From the human T2T-CHM13v2.0 reference genome, Homo sapiens, in NCBI RefSeq assembly GCF_009914755.1, contig NC_060932.1: 64,000 nucleotides of DNA; one strand, 5' to 3'. Positions 1-19,151 of this stretch are shown piece after piece. Position 1 is the stretch's first letter. Each line of letters starts with the position of its first letter. The position numbers and the translations under genes are program-made. The notes below the pieces were generated by a model, which saw nothing but the letters and a program-made list of their open reading frames with translations, did not search any database and was not told the DNA's origin.

Positions 1-3000
1 TTTGTTCTAGTCTATTGTTGAAATTTTCACTGCATTTGGTATTTCTCTGAGTGTGTCTTTCATTTCCATAAGGTCTGATTGGTTTTTCTTTATGATACCT
101 ATCTCTCTGGAAAATTTTTCATTCATATTCTGGATTTTTTTATTTCTTTATGTTGTTTTCACCTTTCCCTGGTATCTCCTCAAGTAGCTTAACAACCTTA
201 TGAATTCTTTGTCTGGTATTTCAAAGATTTAATCTTGGTTTGAATCCATTGCTGGGGAGCTCATGTGGTCTTCTGGGGGTGTTACAGAACCCTGTTTTGT
301 CATATTACCAGACTGACTTTTCTGGCTTTTTCTCATTTGGGTAGATGATTTCTTCAAATTGTTCTTGAATTCATTTTTTATTTGACTGTGTTTTTTAAAA
401 AAATTATTTTTCCCTCTTAAGGATCTGACTTTAATGTTTGTAGTTTTTTATAGCCTAAATTGTTCTTGGTGCTTTTATGGGTAAAGACTCCATATGAGTT
501 CCTTAGTTATAGAGAGTCTTTGTGCACCGGCTTTCCTAGATGATGATAATGTACTTGGTGTGTGGGCAAGTTTACTACCTCCTATGGGTTTGAAATGTCA
601 AGGATCTCTTGAAACTTCTCTTATTCTCCCATGGTGTACACTTTTTGAATTTACTTAATTTTCCCCCATTATTTTATTTGCTGAGTTGATGATTCAGGCT
701 TCAGACCAGTAGGGGAGGTATCCCTGGGTAGGGAGTGGTTGTAGCTAAAGTAGGTGGGTAGATGTAATACACAACGGAGGGCAGAGGTCCCAGCCTTGAT
801 GAAGGTGGCTAGGGGAGCTCTCAATTAGATGTGCGGAGGTTTTATCAGGGTAAAGGATGGGAGCTACCTCAATTCTCCTTCCAGAAAGCTATCCTTTCCC
901 AGTGTTCTAGCTATTCAGATCTGACAGGCACCATGTTTCATCTCTAGGAATGTTGATATTCCAAGTAGGGAGGAATTGTGGCTCTGCCTCTTGTGCAAGC
1001 CTGAATCTGGGGTGTGCTCCTCCTGTGGGGATGCAATCACCCCAGATTGTTTCAGGAAGGCTGTCTATAGGTGTATCTGTGCTGTATTCCCACGGGAGCA
1101 GCTCCAGCTTTGTCTGCAGTGGTGTACCAGGGGCAAACAAGGACCCCTTCTCCCAGACCCTTTATGATCACAGAGGCTGCCTGCCTGTTGGAGTAGAGAT
1201 GCAGACTTTCAATACTGCACTCAGCAATGCAATTGTGTTTCTGCTGTAAAAGCGTTCTTACCAGTGAAAATATCTGGGACTCAAGGCCTGCCATTCAGAT
1301 TTTTTCATCCCATGGGGTGGTACCTTAATATGGTGCTCTCCCCCTTCTCCTAGGAATGGGAGTTCCTGAGAGCCAGACAACAATGATTGTTATTGCTCCT
1401 CTGGGTCTAACAACCCAGTGGTGCTGCCAGACTCTGGGCTTGTGCTGGAGACTGTCTGCAAGGAATCCATTGATGTGACCTGTCTTCAGGTCTCCCGGCA
1501 GTGGATACCAGTGCCAGTTCTGATGGAGGTGTCAGGGCAGGGATGTAGACTCCGAGATTCCTTGGTTGTAGATAGGCTTAGTGTGCTGGCTTTCATGAAT
1601 TCTGATTAAAGTTGTAATGAACTTGTCACATGGATAGACTCAGGACCTCTGGTTAGCCAGGGTGTTGTACCCAGTGGTGATAGCTGAGGTCACGTAGCCA
1701 TTGTCTCCTTCCTTGATGCAGTGTTAGTCTACTTAGAGGGACTGTAAAGGATTGTGTTGGTTGGCCTCCAGCCAGGAGGGGGCACTTGCAAAAGAGCACC
1801 AGCTGTGGTAGTAGCGGTGAGATTTGAGCTTGTCCTAAGTTGTCCAGGGGAAGTATTCTGATGTCTTAGGTGATGGGCAGGGCTATTAAGCTTCCAAAAG
1901 TTTATGTCCTTTGTGTTAAGATACTAGGGTGGGGGAAGGGGTACCACCAGGTTGGGGGCAGGGTTAGGTGGGTCTACGCTCTGACTCTCCTTGGGCAGGG
2001 CAGGACTTCAGCCCTGTGATGGTTGGAGTGTGATTCTCAGGCTGCTGGGGCAATGTTCCAGAGGGGAGTAATACTGTCTCTGCCACACTGCAGAGTTGGC
2101 AAAGGGAGTGGGGAGTAGTGGGTGTCAGTAAGCCTCACCCAGCTCCCATGCAGTTGGCGAGGCTGATCTCACTCCCACAGTGCTCTGATGATAATGCAGG
2201 GTTTGGATCCAGGTAGTCTGTGCACAGAGCTCAGACCTACCCCAGGCCATAAGCTTCCCCACAGAGATAGCAAGCATGGCGTTTAGGCCATGCCCCTTCC
2301 CATCTGCCCACAAAACCAGGTGCCTACTTCCTGCACTAGTAGCTGCAGCTCAATACTCACCCCTAACCCCCTTTTGCTGCTTTCTGATCAGAGGAGTTTA
2401 TCTCTATTGGAGATTATGCCACAAAATTCTGTTGGGAGCTTCTTTCACCCTGTGACCCCTCCCTGAGCTTCTTAGCTGATTTCCCTGATGGCTCCTGTTA
2501 GATACAGTCAGGAACGGCTTCCCTTCATTTATCCTGGAGACTGGGAATGCCTGCATTGCACTTCCCACTGCCACTTCTACTTTTTTTTTTCTTTTCTTCT
2601 CTTTCCTTTTATTTTCTTTTTTTTTTCTTTTCTTCTCTTTTCTTTTCTTTTATTTTCTGAGACAGGGTCTTGCTTTGTCACCCAGGCTGGAGTGCCATAG
2701 TGCAATCTCAGCTCACTGAAACCTCTGCCTCCTGGACTCAGGTGATTGACCTTCCTCAGCCTCCTGAGTAGCTGGGACTACAGTCATGAACCACTTTGCC
2801 TGGCTAACTTTTGTATTTTTTGTAGAGACATGGTTTCACCATGTTGCCCAGGCTGAACTGCTACTTCTACTTTTATATTTCACACTGCTCCCTGAAGCCA
2901 TTCGAGTTCTGGGTAGGGTAAAGTCCTCTTCCATGGCCTGGAATTTCGGATTCCCCAGTGGGGATGTGTACTGGAGGCAGACTCTCTTCTTCTCACACTC

Positions 3001-3205
3001 TAGGGACTTACAGTTTTTTGCCTCTCTCAGGGAGTAGGCTGCAACCTGCTGCTTCTTTCAAAGGGTCTATGGATTCTTTCAGTTTTTCTATTAAGTTCCT
3101 GCATTGGTTCTTGGAAAGAAAATTCACAGTGTGAATCTCTACACACTATTCTGTTCTTCCAAGTGAAAGAGGCATGCTAACACTGCCTCCAATCAGCCAT
3201 CTTAG
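1..3205 (-). mobile_element. Old LINE-1 5' region (5'UTR and start of ORF1; L1M/L1PB-type), interrupted by an Alu
   Basis: Ends in cagccatctt near 3194-3203, the reverse complement of the L1 start motif AAGATGGC. T-rich antisense-ORF1-like sequence at 1-400. Subfamily uncertain. Confidence 0.6.
2581..2856 (-). mobile_element. Alu, 5'-truncated (AluJ-like)
   Basis: Poly-T tail, right arm and part of left arm. TSD actgc(c/t)acttctac at 2567-2580 and 2857-2870. Confidence 0.9.
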
Positions 3206-3209
3206 AATA

Positions 3210-4700
<1,491 letters not shown>

Positions 4701-4789
4701 TGTCTAGTTGGGTTTGAGGAGAAAAATTCTTCCAGGAGCTAAAGATTATATTTTGTTCTACAAAAAACTACATGCACGCTTGTTTGCTT

Positions 4790-5575
<786 letters not shown>

Positions 5576-5999
5576 ACACATATTAAATCAAAGCTTACTA
5601 AATTAAAAAATATAATTAATATACCCTGTATTCTCTAGTTAGAATTACAAATTTCCAAATAAGGACAGATAAAAAAAACAAAAAAAGCAGCTACAGATGA
5701 TTTCTTTTTATGGCTCAAAGTTTTTGCTCTTCTGCCAAGGCGTGTTCTAGCAATTTGCTCCTCACTTTAGAACTCTTCTTACTGATGTCTGCATGTTTCT
5801 TGCCTAGAAATGTTGACACTCCCATCTTGTCTTTTCCTGTGAGTTCCTGTCTCTCCATCGATTCTGGAACAATTGGTTGACCTGAAACATCAGTACTAGG
5901 ATGAGTTAAAAAAGAAGTTGCGACCTCGCCTTAGTCCATTATTTTATTCCCGTAGTGTTAGTAGTGATGTCTTGTTTTCTGGTCTCCACATCTCTGAGT

Positions 6000-6465
6000 A
6001 GAAATTAGAAATGAATATAACTGATTTTTGTATATTGACTTCATATCTTGTAATTTTGATATATTCTCAGTAGTTCTGCTGGATGCTCTGTAGATTCTTG
6101 TATACTTTCTACCTTTTTTTCCAATATAAGATAACAAACTCTTTTGAATATTTATGCTTTTCATTTGCCCTATTGACTGTAAGAACCTCCAGTACAATGT
6201 ATAAAAATGTCAAGATCTGACATTTCTGCTTTATTTTCAATATTGTGAGGAAAGTACTCAGATATTTACTAGTAAGTATGATGTTAGATTTAAATTTTTT
6301 TGTAATATAGTTTTTATCAGATTGAGGAAGTTCTCTTTAATAGATTTTAAAAATCACAAATGGGTATTCAATTCAATTTGTCAAATATAATATTTTTCAT
6401 TTATTGAGTCAGTCATATGGTGATTTTCCTTTATACCATTAATATGGTTAAACACATTTATTAAT
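6000..6465 (-). mobile_element. Old L1M ORF2 fragment
   Basis: Minus-strand ORF 5958-6197 contains degenerate ORF2-like sequence (ISKLQDMKSIYKNQ). Confidence 0.6.
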
Positions 6466-6469
6466 TAAT

Positions 6470-6770
6470 TTTTAATTTTTTTGAGACAGGGTTTTACTTT
6501 GTTACCCAGGTTGCACTGCAGTGGCACAATCATAGCTCACCTCAACCTCTAACTCCTGGGATTAACTGATCCTCCCACCTCAGCCTTCAGAATAGCTGGG
6601 ACTATGAGCATGCACCACCACATCCAGCTATTTTTTTAATTTTTATTTTCAGTACAGGCAAGGTTTCACTATGTTGCCCAGGCTGGTCTCAAACTCCTGA
6701 GCTCAAGTGACCTCCTAGCCTCAGCCTTCCAAAGTTCTGGGATTACAGGCGTGAACCACCATGCTCAGCC
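6470..6770 (-). mobile_element. Alu (AluJ-like)
   Basis: Diverged full dimer. Confidence 0.9.
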
Positions 6771-6774
6771 CCTA

Positions 6775-8357
<1,583 letters not shown>

Positions 8358-9480
8358 TTCTTCTTTTTTTTATTATACTTTAAGTTTTAGGGTACATGTG
8401 CACAACGTGCAGGTTTGTTACATATGTATACATGTGCCATGTTGGTGTGCTGCATCCATTAACTCATCATTTAACATTAGGTATATCTCCTAATGCTATC
8501 CCTCCCCCTCCCCCCACCCCACAACAAGCCCCAGTGTGTGATGTTCCCGTTCCTGTGTCCATGTGTTCTCATTGTTCAATTCCCACCTATGAGTGAGAAC
8601 ATGCAGTGTTTGGTTTTTTGTAACTGCAATAGTTTGCTGAGAATGATGGTTTCCAGCTTCATCCATGTTCCTACAAAGGACATGAACTCATCATTTTTTA
8701 TGGCTGCATGGTATTCCATGGTGTATATGTGCCACATTTTCTTAATTCAGTCTATCATTGTTGGATATTTGGGTTGGTTCCAAGTCTTTGCTCTTGTGAA
8801 TAGTGCCGCAATAAACATATGTGTGCGTGTGTCTTTATAGCAGCATGATTTATAGTCCTTTGGGTATATACCCAGTAATGGGATGGCTGGGTCAAATGGT
8901 ACTTCTAGATCTAGATCCCTGAGGAATCGCCACACTGACTTCCACAATGGTTGAACTAGTTTACAGTCCCACCAACAGTGTAAAAGTGTTCCTATTTCTC
9001 CGCATCCACTCCAGCACCTGTTGTTTCCTGACTTTTTAATGATCGCCTAACTGGTGTGAGATGGTATCTCATTGTGGTTTTGATTTGCATTTCTCTGATG
9101 GCCAGTGATGGTGAGCATTTTTTCATGTATTTTTTGGCTGCATAAATGTCTTCTTTTGAGAAGTGGCTGTTCATATCCTTCGAACACTTTTTGATGGGGT
9201 TGTTTGTTTTTTTTCTTGTAAATTTGTTTGAGTTCATTGTAGATTCTGGATATTAGCCCTTTGTCAGATGAGTAGATTGTGAAAATTTTCTCCCATTCTG
9301 TAGGTTGCCTGTTCAGTCTGATGGTAGTTTCTTTTGCTGTGCAGAAGCTCTTTAGTTTAATTAGATCAAATTTGTCAATTTTGGCTTTTGTTGCCATTGC
9401 TTTTGGTGTTTTAGACATGAATTCCTTGCCCATGCCTATGTTCTGAATGGTATTGCCTAGGTTTTCTTCTAGGGTTTTTA

Positions 9481-10653
<1,173 letters not shown>

Positions 10654-11669
10654 ATGGGGAAAAAACAGAGCAGAAAAACTGGAAACTCTAAAAATCAGAG
10701 CACCTCTCCTCCTCCAAAGGAACACAGCTCCTCACCAGCAATGGAACAAAGCTGGACAGAGAATCACTTTGATGAGTTGAGAAAAGAAGGCCTCAGACGA
10801 TCGAACTACTCTGAGCTAGAGGAGGAAGTTCGAACCCATGGCAAAGAAGTTAAAAATCTTGAAAAAATTAGATGAATAGCTAACTAGAATAACCAATGCA
10901 GGGAAGTCCTTAAAGGACCTGATGGAGCTGAAAACCAAGGCACGTGAACTATGTGATGAATGCACAAGCCTCAGTAGCTGATTCGATCAACTGGAAGAAA
11001 GGGTGTCAGTGATGGAAGATCAAATGAATGAAATGAAGTGAGAAGAGAAATTTAGAGAAAAAAGAATAAAAAGAAATGAACAAAGCCTCCAAGAAATATG
11101 GGACTATGTGAAAAGACCAAATCTACATCTGATTGGTGTACCTGAAAGTGACAGGGAGAATGGAACCAAGTTGGAAAACACTCTGCAGGATATTATACAG
11201 GAGAACTTCCCCAATCTAGCAATGCGGGCCAACATTCAAATTCAGGAAATACAGAGAATGCCACAGAGATATTCCTTGAGAAGAGCGACTCCAAGACACA
11301 TAATTGTCAGATTCACCAAAGTTGAAATGAAGGAAAAAAATGTTAAGGGCAGCCAGAGAGAAAGGTGAGGTTACCCACAAAGGGAAACTCAGCAGACTAA
11401 CAGCAGATCTCTCGGCAGAAACTCTACAAGCCAGAAGAGAGTGGGGGCCAATATTCAACATTCTTAAAGAAAAGAATTTTCAACCCAGAGTTTCATATCC
11501 AGCCAAACTAAGCTTCATAAGTGAAGGAGAAATAAAATCCCTTGCAGACAAGCAAATGCTGAGAGACTTTGTCACCACCAGGCCTGCCTTGCAAGAGCTC
11601 CTGAAGGAAGCACTAAACATGGAAAGGAACAACTGGTACCAGCCACTGCAAAAACATGCCAAACTGTAA
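10654..11669 (+). pseudogene. L1 ORF1p remnant (frameshifts and stops)
   Basis: MGKKQSRKTGNSKNQS...PLQKHAKL split over ORFs starting at 10654, 11108 and 11340. Confidence 0.9.
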
Positions 11670-11732
11670 AGACCATCAAGGCTAGGAAGAAACTGCATCA
11701 ACTAATGAGCAAAATAACCAGCTAACATCATA

Positions 11733-12044
11733 ATGACAGGATCAAATTCACACATAACAATACTAACCTTAAATGTAAATGGGCTAAATGCTCCAGTTAA
11801 AAGACACAGACTGGCAAATTGGATAAAAAGTCAAGACCCATCAGTGTGCTGTATTCAGGAAACCCATCTCATGTGCAGAGACACACATAGGCTCAAAGTA
11901 AAGGGCTGGAGGAAGATCTACCAAGCAAATGGAAAACAAAAAAAGGCAGGGGTTGTAATCCTAGTCTTTGATAAAACAGACTTTAAACCAACAAAGATCA
12001 AAAGAGACAAAGAAGACCATTACATAATGGTAAAGGGATCAATT
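11733..12044 (+). pseudogene. L1 ORF2p endonuclease N-terminus, truncated
   Basis: MTGSNSHITILTLNVNGLN...IMVKGSI, then runs into flanking sequence. Confidence 0.9.
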
Positions 12045-12560
12045 TATTTGATTTTTATATATGGTGAGACATAGGAGTCTGTTTTCATTCCTCTGTATGT
12101 GGATATCCAATTTTCCCAGCACCATTTATTGAAGAGACTCTTCTTTCCCCACTGTATGCTCTTGGCATGTTACTCAAAAATGAGTTCACTTTACATGTCC
12201 GAATTTATTTCTGTGTTCTGTATTTCGTTCCCTTGTTCTATGTGTCTGTTTTTATGCCAGTACCATGCCATTTGGGTTACTGTAGTTCCATATTATAATT
12301 TAAAGTCAAGTAATATGATTCCTTCAGTGTACTCAGAATACTCAGCATTTGAGTATTCTGGGTCTTTTGGGGGTACATGTAAATTTTAAGATTTTTTTTC
12401 TATTTCTGTTGAGAATGTCATTGGATTGAGCAGAATATGTAGATTGCTTTCAATGGTACCAACATTTTAACAATATTGAGTCAACCCATGAACATGGAAT
12501 ATCTTTTCATTATTTTGTGTCCTCTTCAATTTCTTGCATCAATATTTTATAGTTTATCAT
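12043..12560 (-). mobile_element. L1MA-type element, right part
   Basis: Continues the 6775-8357 element (gatttttatatatggtgaga...). Confidence 0.8.
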
Positions 12561-12684
12561 TTATTTATTTTTGAGTGCTGAACTAACCTTGCATTTCTGG
12601 AATAAATGCCAATCATTTTAATCTATTATCTTTTTTATATACAAGTGAATTGTATTTGGTAATGTTTTGCTATGATTAAAAAAA

Positions 12685-12950
12685 CCATGCAGTATGATTT
12701 CTTCTAAATGAAATTCTAGAAAAGGTAAAACTATACTATCTGAAAACAGATGAGAGGTTGCCAGGGCTGAGGAGTGAGGGTTGTGAATTGACTGAATAGT
12801 GTTAAGAGAGAAAGCTTTAAGAATGTCAGAAATGTTCTATATGGTGATCATGATGGTGATTACATTACTATACACATTTGTTAAAATTAATCATTGTGCA
12901 CATAAAGTTGGTGAATTTTATTATATATAAATTATTCCTCAATAAAGCAA
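12685..12950 (+). mobile_element. L1MC/L1MD-type 3' end
   Basis: ggtaaaactata...gaggttgccagggct...ctcaataaagc. Confidence 0.6.
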
Positions 12951-13004
12951 ACTAATTAACTTATATAAATTTTTAGTAGAAAAAAGCAAGTTGCAGAATT
13001 ATGT

Positions 13005-13320
<316 letters not shown>

Positions 13321-13577
13321 ATGTATGTGTTTCTGAAATTTAATACCTCTATATTTGTGTATATAAAAGTATTTTTAATGTCTAGAATCATAAAAATAGA
13401 GTAAAGAGGAAGGGGATGGGATGTGGGGAACAGTCAAATGGAATATTATTTATCATTTCAATATTTCAGTTGTTAAGAAAAATTTATTTGCACATTCACT
13501 AGTTGTACATTTAAAATTAATTATGGTAGTGAGAAAGAATTTTTGCAGCTATGCACATGACAGAAATTAATGTATAG

Positions 13578-13896
<319 letters not shown>

Positions 13897-13899
13897 TGT

Positions 13900-14415
13900 A
13901 AGGCATTTATATTGACATTATATCTGGCTTCATGAAATACATTGGAAAAAATTCCCCCTCTTCTGTTTTGTAGACAGTTTGTGTGAATTTTTCTTTCACT
14001 GCTTGTTGATAGACTTCAGTAGTGAAACCAGCAGGGCCTGAAGATTTCTTTGTAGAAAGGTTTTTGACTACAATTTCTTCAGTAGATATATGACTATTTA
14101 GATTTCCTGTTTCCCATTGTGTCATTTTTGTAACTTGTTTTTTTTCAATGAAATTTATTTATTTTCAAGTTTATTGGCAAAAGAGTAATTTCAAATTCTT
14201 TGGCAAAATGTGTTTATAGTATTCTGTTATAATTTTGATATCTGTGTGGTCTGTAGTGATATTCTCTCATTTCTGCTATGAGCAATTTCCATTTTGGGTG
14301 TTGTTATTAGTCTAGCTAGGTGTTTATCAATCTTATCAATCTTTCCAAAGCAGCAGATTTTTGCTTATTTAATTTTCTCTAAGATCTGTCTGTATTTCCT
14401 ATTTCTTTGCTTTCT
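13900..14415 (-). mobile_element. Old L1M ORF2 fragment
   Basis: ORF 13907-14125 contains KKSSGPAGFTTEVYQ, resembling ORF2 [15 protein letters not shown]. Confidence 0.7.
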
Positions 14416-14417
14416 GC

Positions 14418-14745
<328 letters not shown>

Positions 14746-15457
14746 TAAAGAACTGGGTTTCTTTGGTATCATTTCTGGTTGTCTAAAGTTATGTTGAGGA
14801 ACTGAAGACTTTTACTGTATAGGATAAACAACTGACATTAAATGTTTCAGTTATCTCTGCTGAATTACACTTAGATTAGGATATAATTAAATATGGGTTT
14901 GGGGAATGAACTGAACCTGGTTATTATCCTATCTGCTTGTCTTAACTGGAGTCACTAGGCTTCAGGTAACCAGTGATATGGCATTTGATGAAATATAGTG
15001 GAAAGCTGGTTTATATTCCATATTGTATGTCAATTGTTAACCAGTGGTTAAAAAAAAAAACTGTATTGTCATCACAATTGTTAGAAGAGATGGTCTCACC
15101 TAGAAAACACTGAGGTAGAAAGGTCCAGTCAAGGTATTTTCTTAATGATTGGGTCACTCATGATTTGTAACTTTTTCTGCTTTTTGAAATATGCATTTAA
15201 CTATTCCTAAAAAAGGAAAGTAAAGATAATAGTCTCAGTTAGTTTTACTCCTTAGATGACATGATACATATATTATTTTAAATGAAGATATTTTTGTATT
15301 CACTTGTTAGTGTAGAGCAGTCATTCAGAGGCTTGTGACTGTATGACCTTAACATTTCTTAGGATATGGTTGAATTGATGGGAAACTGAATCAGAAGCTA
15401 AACTGTTGGGCACTAAACACCTACTTTAATTTAGATTTTCTTCTTTTCTCCTTTAAG

Positions 15458-15539
15458 CCTTGAACTGAGAGTCCCATTTCTAGATCATCAATTTTCTTCC
15501 TATTACTTTTCTCTGACACCAGAAATGAGAATTCCAAAG
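15458..15539 (+). pseudogene. ASNS: ASNS pseudogene, third-last exon (82 bp)
   Basis: ctttaag| then [27 protein letters not shown], donor |gcaggt. Confidence 0.92.
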
Positions 15540-15626
15540 GCAGGTGAATCAACTCAAGATAAAACTGTTCATTGCCATCAGATTATATTTGTAACTTTTA
15601 CTGGTGCTCCTTTTTTTTCATGTCAG

Positions 15627-15782
15627 AATGTGATAGAAAAACATCTCCTGAGAGAGACATTTGAGGACTCCAATTGGATACTCAAAGAGATTCTCTGGTG
15701 ACCAAAAGGAGCCTTCAGTGATCGAATAACTTCAGTTAAGAATTCCTGGTTTAAGATTTTACAGGAATACATTGAACATCAG
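15627..15782 (+). pseudogene. ASNS: ASNS pseudogene, penultimate exon (156 bp)
   Basis: tgtcag| then [51 protein letters not shown], donor |gtataa. Confidence 0.95.
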
Positions 15783-16235
15783 GTATAATTACTTTAAAAA
15801 CAATTTCAAGAATAGGACAATTTGGATGCACAGCTGTCATTACTATTCATTTTGTATTTAGTTTGCTTTGTCTCTGTAAGAGTAATTCATCGTCTCTGTA
15901 AACAATTATCTCTCTTATAAGAATTATATAATAATTAAGTAACATGAAGGATTATAAAGTACCATCTCAAATTGAAAGACAGAGGAGACTTAATACTAAC
16001 CATCGCTGACTTTCATTTAACACATTTTTGGGCACCTGCTGGGTGCCAGATCTTGTTAGGCACAAATGACTAAAACAGAGCCACCAAGAATTAAAAATTT
16101 GCACACGAGTGTTCTTTAAAAGTCACTGCAGCTATGCATATTATGAATACTTTAACATTTTCTAAGTGTTGGGTGATTCAAAGGGTCTCATGCAATTTAC
16201 AGTCATGTCTTATCTTAACGTTTTCTGTTTTGTGA

Positions 16236-16517
<282 letters not shown>

Positions 16518-16627
16518 GTGCTCTTTATGCTGTAATGTGAAAGCAAATATTTCTTCTTGCTGCGTGGGGATTATGGGTAGATAGGGGAACAATGACAGTC
16601 AATTCAGGCTAACTTGGGTGTGAAAAA

Positions 16628-16633
16628 AATAAA
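16628..16633 (+). terminator. Polyadenylation signal AATAAA of the ASNS-derived 3'UTR
   Basis: About 110 nt after the stop codon, followed by T/GT-rich sequence. Confidence 0.7.
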
Positions 16634-18197
16634 AGTCCTAAATCTAAAACTTTGCTATTGTCATTTATGTTCATACAGTCTTTTCATAAGAGGTAACTAG
16701 AATTTTTTTCCTGTATCACAGTAAAGTGGAGGGTAAGCTAGGAAAAGGAAAAATGCTCTGATGTCCACAAGAACTCACAGCACTCTCCTGGCAGAGCTGC
16801 TTTAGATGACATTTGCGTCTTGTGCCCACGTGGCTTCCTTCCAGTTCTTGCCTCACCTTAGTCATCAAAGGACTACACTATTTTTGTTCTGCCTGCATTC
16901 CTACAGCTGCCTAGGCACACTCAAGACCTAAGTCTTCTATAGGAATTCATGTCAGCTCTATTTTACAAGATAGTATTTCATTTTTTTCTCTTTTATGTTG
17001 AGCCAAAGTCACTTCTGGAGACTTGTCCTAGAGCAGCGGTAAGGATTTTTTTATTATTATTATACTTTAAGTTTTAGGGTACATGTGCACAACGTGCAGG
17101 TTAGTTACATATGTATACACGTGCCATGTTGGTGTGCTGCACCCATTAACTCATCATTTAGCATTAGGTAGATCTCCTAATGCTATCCCTCCCTGCTCCC
17201 CCCACCCCACAACAGTCCCCAATGTGTGATGTTCCCCTTCCTGTGTCCATGTGTTCTCATTGTTCAATTCCCACCTATGAGTGAAAACTTGCGGTGTTTG
17301 GTTTTTTGTCCTTGCGATAGTTTGCTGAGAATGATGGTTTCCAGCTTCATCCATGTCCCTACAAAGGACATGAACTCATCATTTTTAATAGCTGCAGAGT
17401 ATTCCATGGTGTATATGTGCCACATTTTCTTAATCCAGTCTATCATTGTTGGACATTTGGGTTGGTTCCAAGTCTTTGCTATTGTGAATAGTGCCACAAT
17501 AAACATATGTGTGCATGTGTCTTTATAGCAGCATGATTTATAATCCTTTGGGTATATCCCCAGTAATGGGATGGCTGGGTCAAATGGTATTTCTAGTTCT
17601 AGATCCCTGAGGAGTCGCCACACTGACTTCCACAATGGTTGAACTAGTTTACAACCCCACCAACGGTGTAAAAGTGTTCCTATTTCTCCACATCCTCTCC
17701 AGCACCTGTTGTTTCCTGACTTTTTAATGATCGCCATTCTAACAGGTGTGAGATGATATCTCATTGTGGTTTTGATTTGCATTTCTCTGATGGCCAGTGA
17801 TGATGAGCATTTTTTCACGTGTCTTTTGGCTGCATAAATGTCTTCCTCTGAGAAAAGTCTGTTCATATCCTTCGCCTACTTTTTGATGGGGTTGTTATTT
17901 TTTTCTTGTAAATTTGTTGGAGTTCATTGTAGATTCTGGACATTAGCACTTTGTCAGATGAGTAGATTGCAAAAATTTTCTCCCATTCCATAGGTTGCCT
18001 GTTCACTCTGATGGTAGTTTCTTTTGCTGTGCAGAAGCTCTTTAGTTTAATTAGATCCCATTTGTCAATTTTGGCTTTTGTTGCCATTGCTTTTAGTGTT
18101 TTAGCCATGAAGTCCTTGCCCATGCCTATGTCCTGAATGTATTGCTTAGGTTTTCTTCTAGGGTTTTTATAGTTTTAGGTCTATAATTTAAGTCTTT

Positions 18198-18236
18198 TTT
18201 TTATTATACTTTAAGTTTTAGGGCACAAAAAATCAC
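18198..18236 (-). mobile_element. 39-bp mini-L1 3'-end insertion nested in copy B
   Basis: tttttattatactttaagttttagggcaca+aaaaatcac between TSD copies ttaagtcttt (18188-18197, 18237-18246). Confidence 0.85.
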
Positions 18237-18878
18237 TTAAGTCTTTAATCCACCTTGAATTAATTTTTGTATAAGGTGTGAGGAAGGGATCCAGTTTCAG
18301 CTTCCTACATATGGCTAGCCAGTTTTCCCAGCACCATTTATTAAATAAGGAATCTTTTCCCTGTTTCTTGTTTTTCTCAGGTTTGTCAAAGACCAGATGG
18401 TTGTAGATACATGGCATTATTTCTGAGGGCTCTGTTCTGTTCCATTGGTCTATATCTCTGTTTTGGTACCAGTACCATGCTGTTTTGGTTACTGTAGCCT
18501 TGTAGTGTAGTTTGAAGTCAGGTAGCATGCTGTCTCCAGCTTTGTTCTTTTGGGTTAGGATTGACTTGGCAATGTGGGCTCTTTTTTGGTTCCATATGAA
18601 CTTTAAAGTAGTTTTTTCCAATTCTGTGAAGAAAGTCATTGGTAGCTTGATGGGGATGGCATTGAATCTATAAATTACCTTGGGCAATATGGCCATTTTC
18701 ACGATATTGTTTCTTCCTACCCATGAGCATGGAATGTTCTTCCATTTGTTTGTATCCTCTTTTATTTCATTGAGAAGTGGTTTGTAGTTCTCCTTGAAGA
18801 GGTCCTTCACGTCCCTTGTAAGTTGGATTCCTATGTATTTTATTCTCTTTGAAGCAATTGTGAATGGGAATTCACTCA

Positions 18879-19151
<273 letters not shown>

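Noticed and set aside
907-2313. ORFs in the GC-richer first 2.5 kb
   Set aside because: They lie in a diverged L1 5'UTR and show no coding signature.
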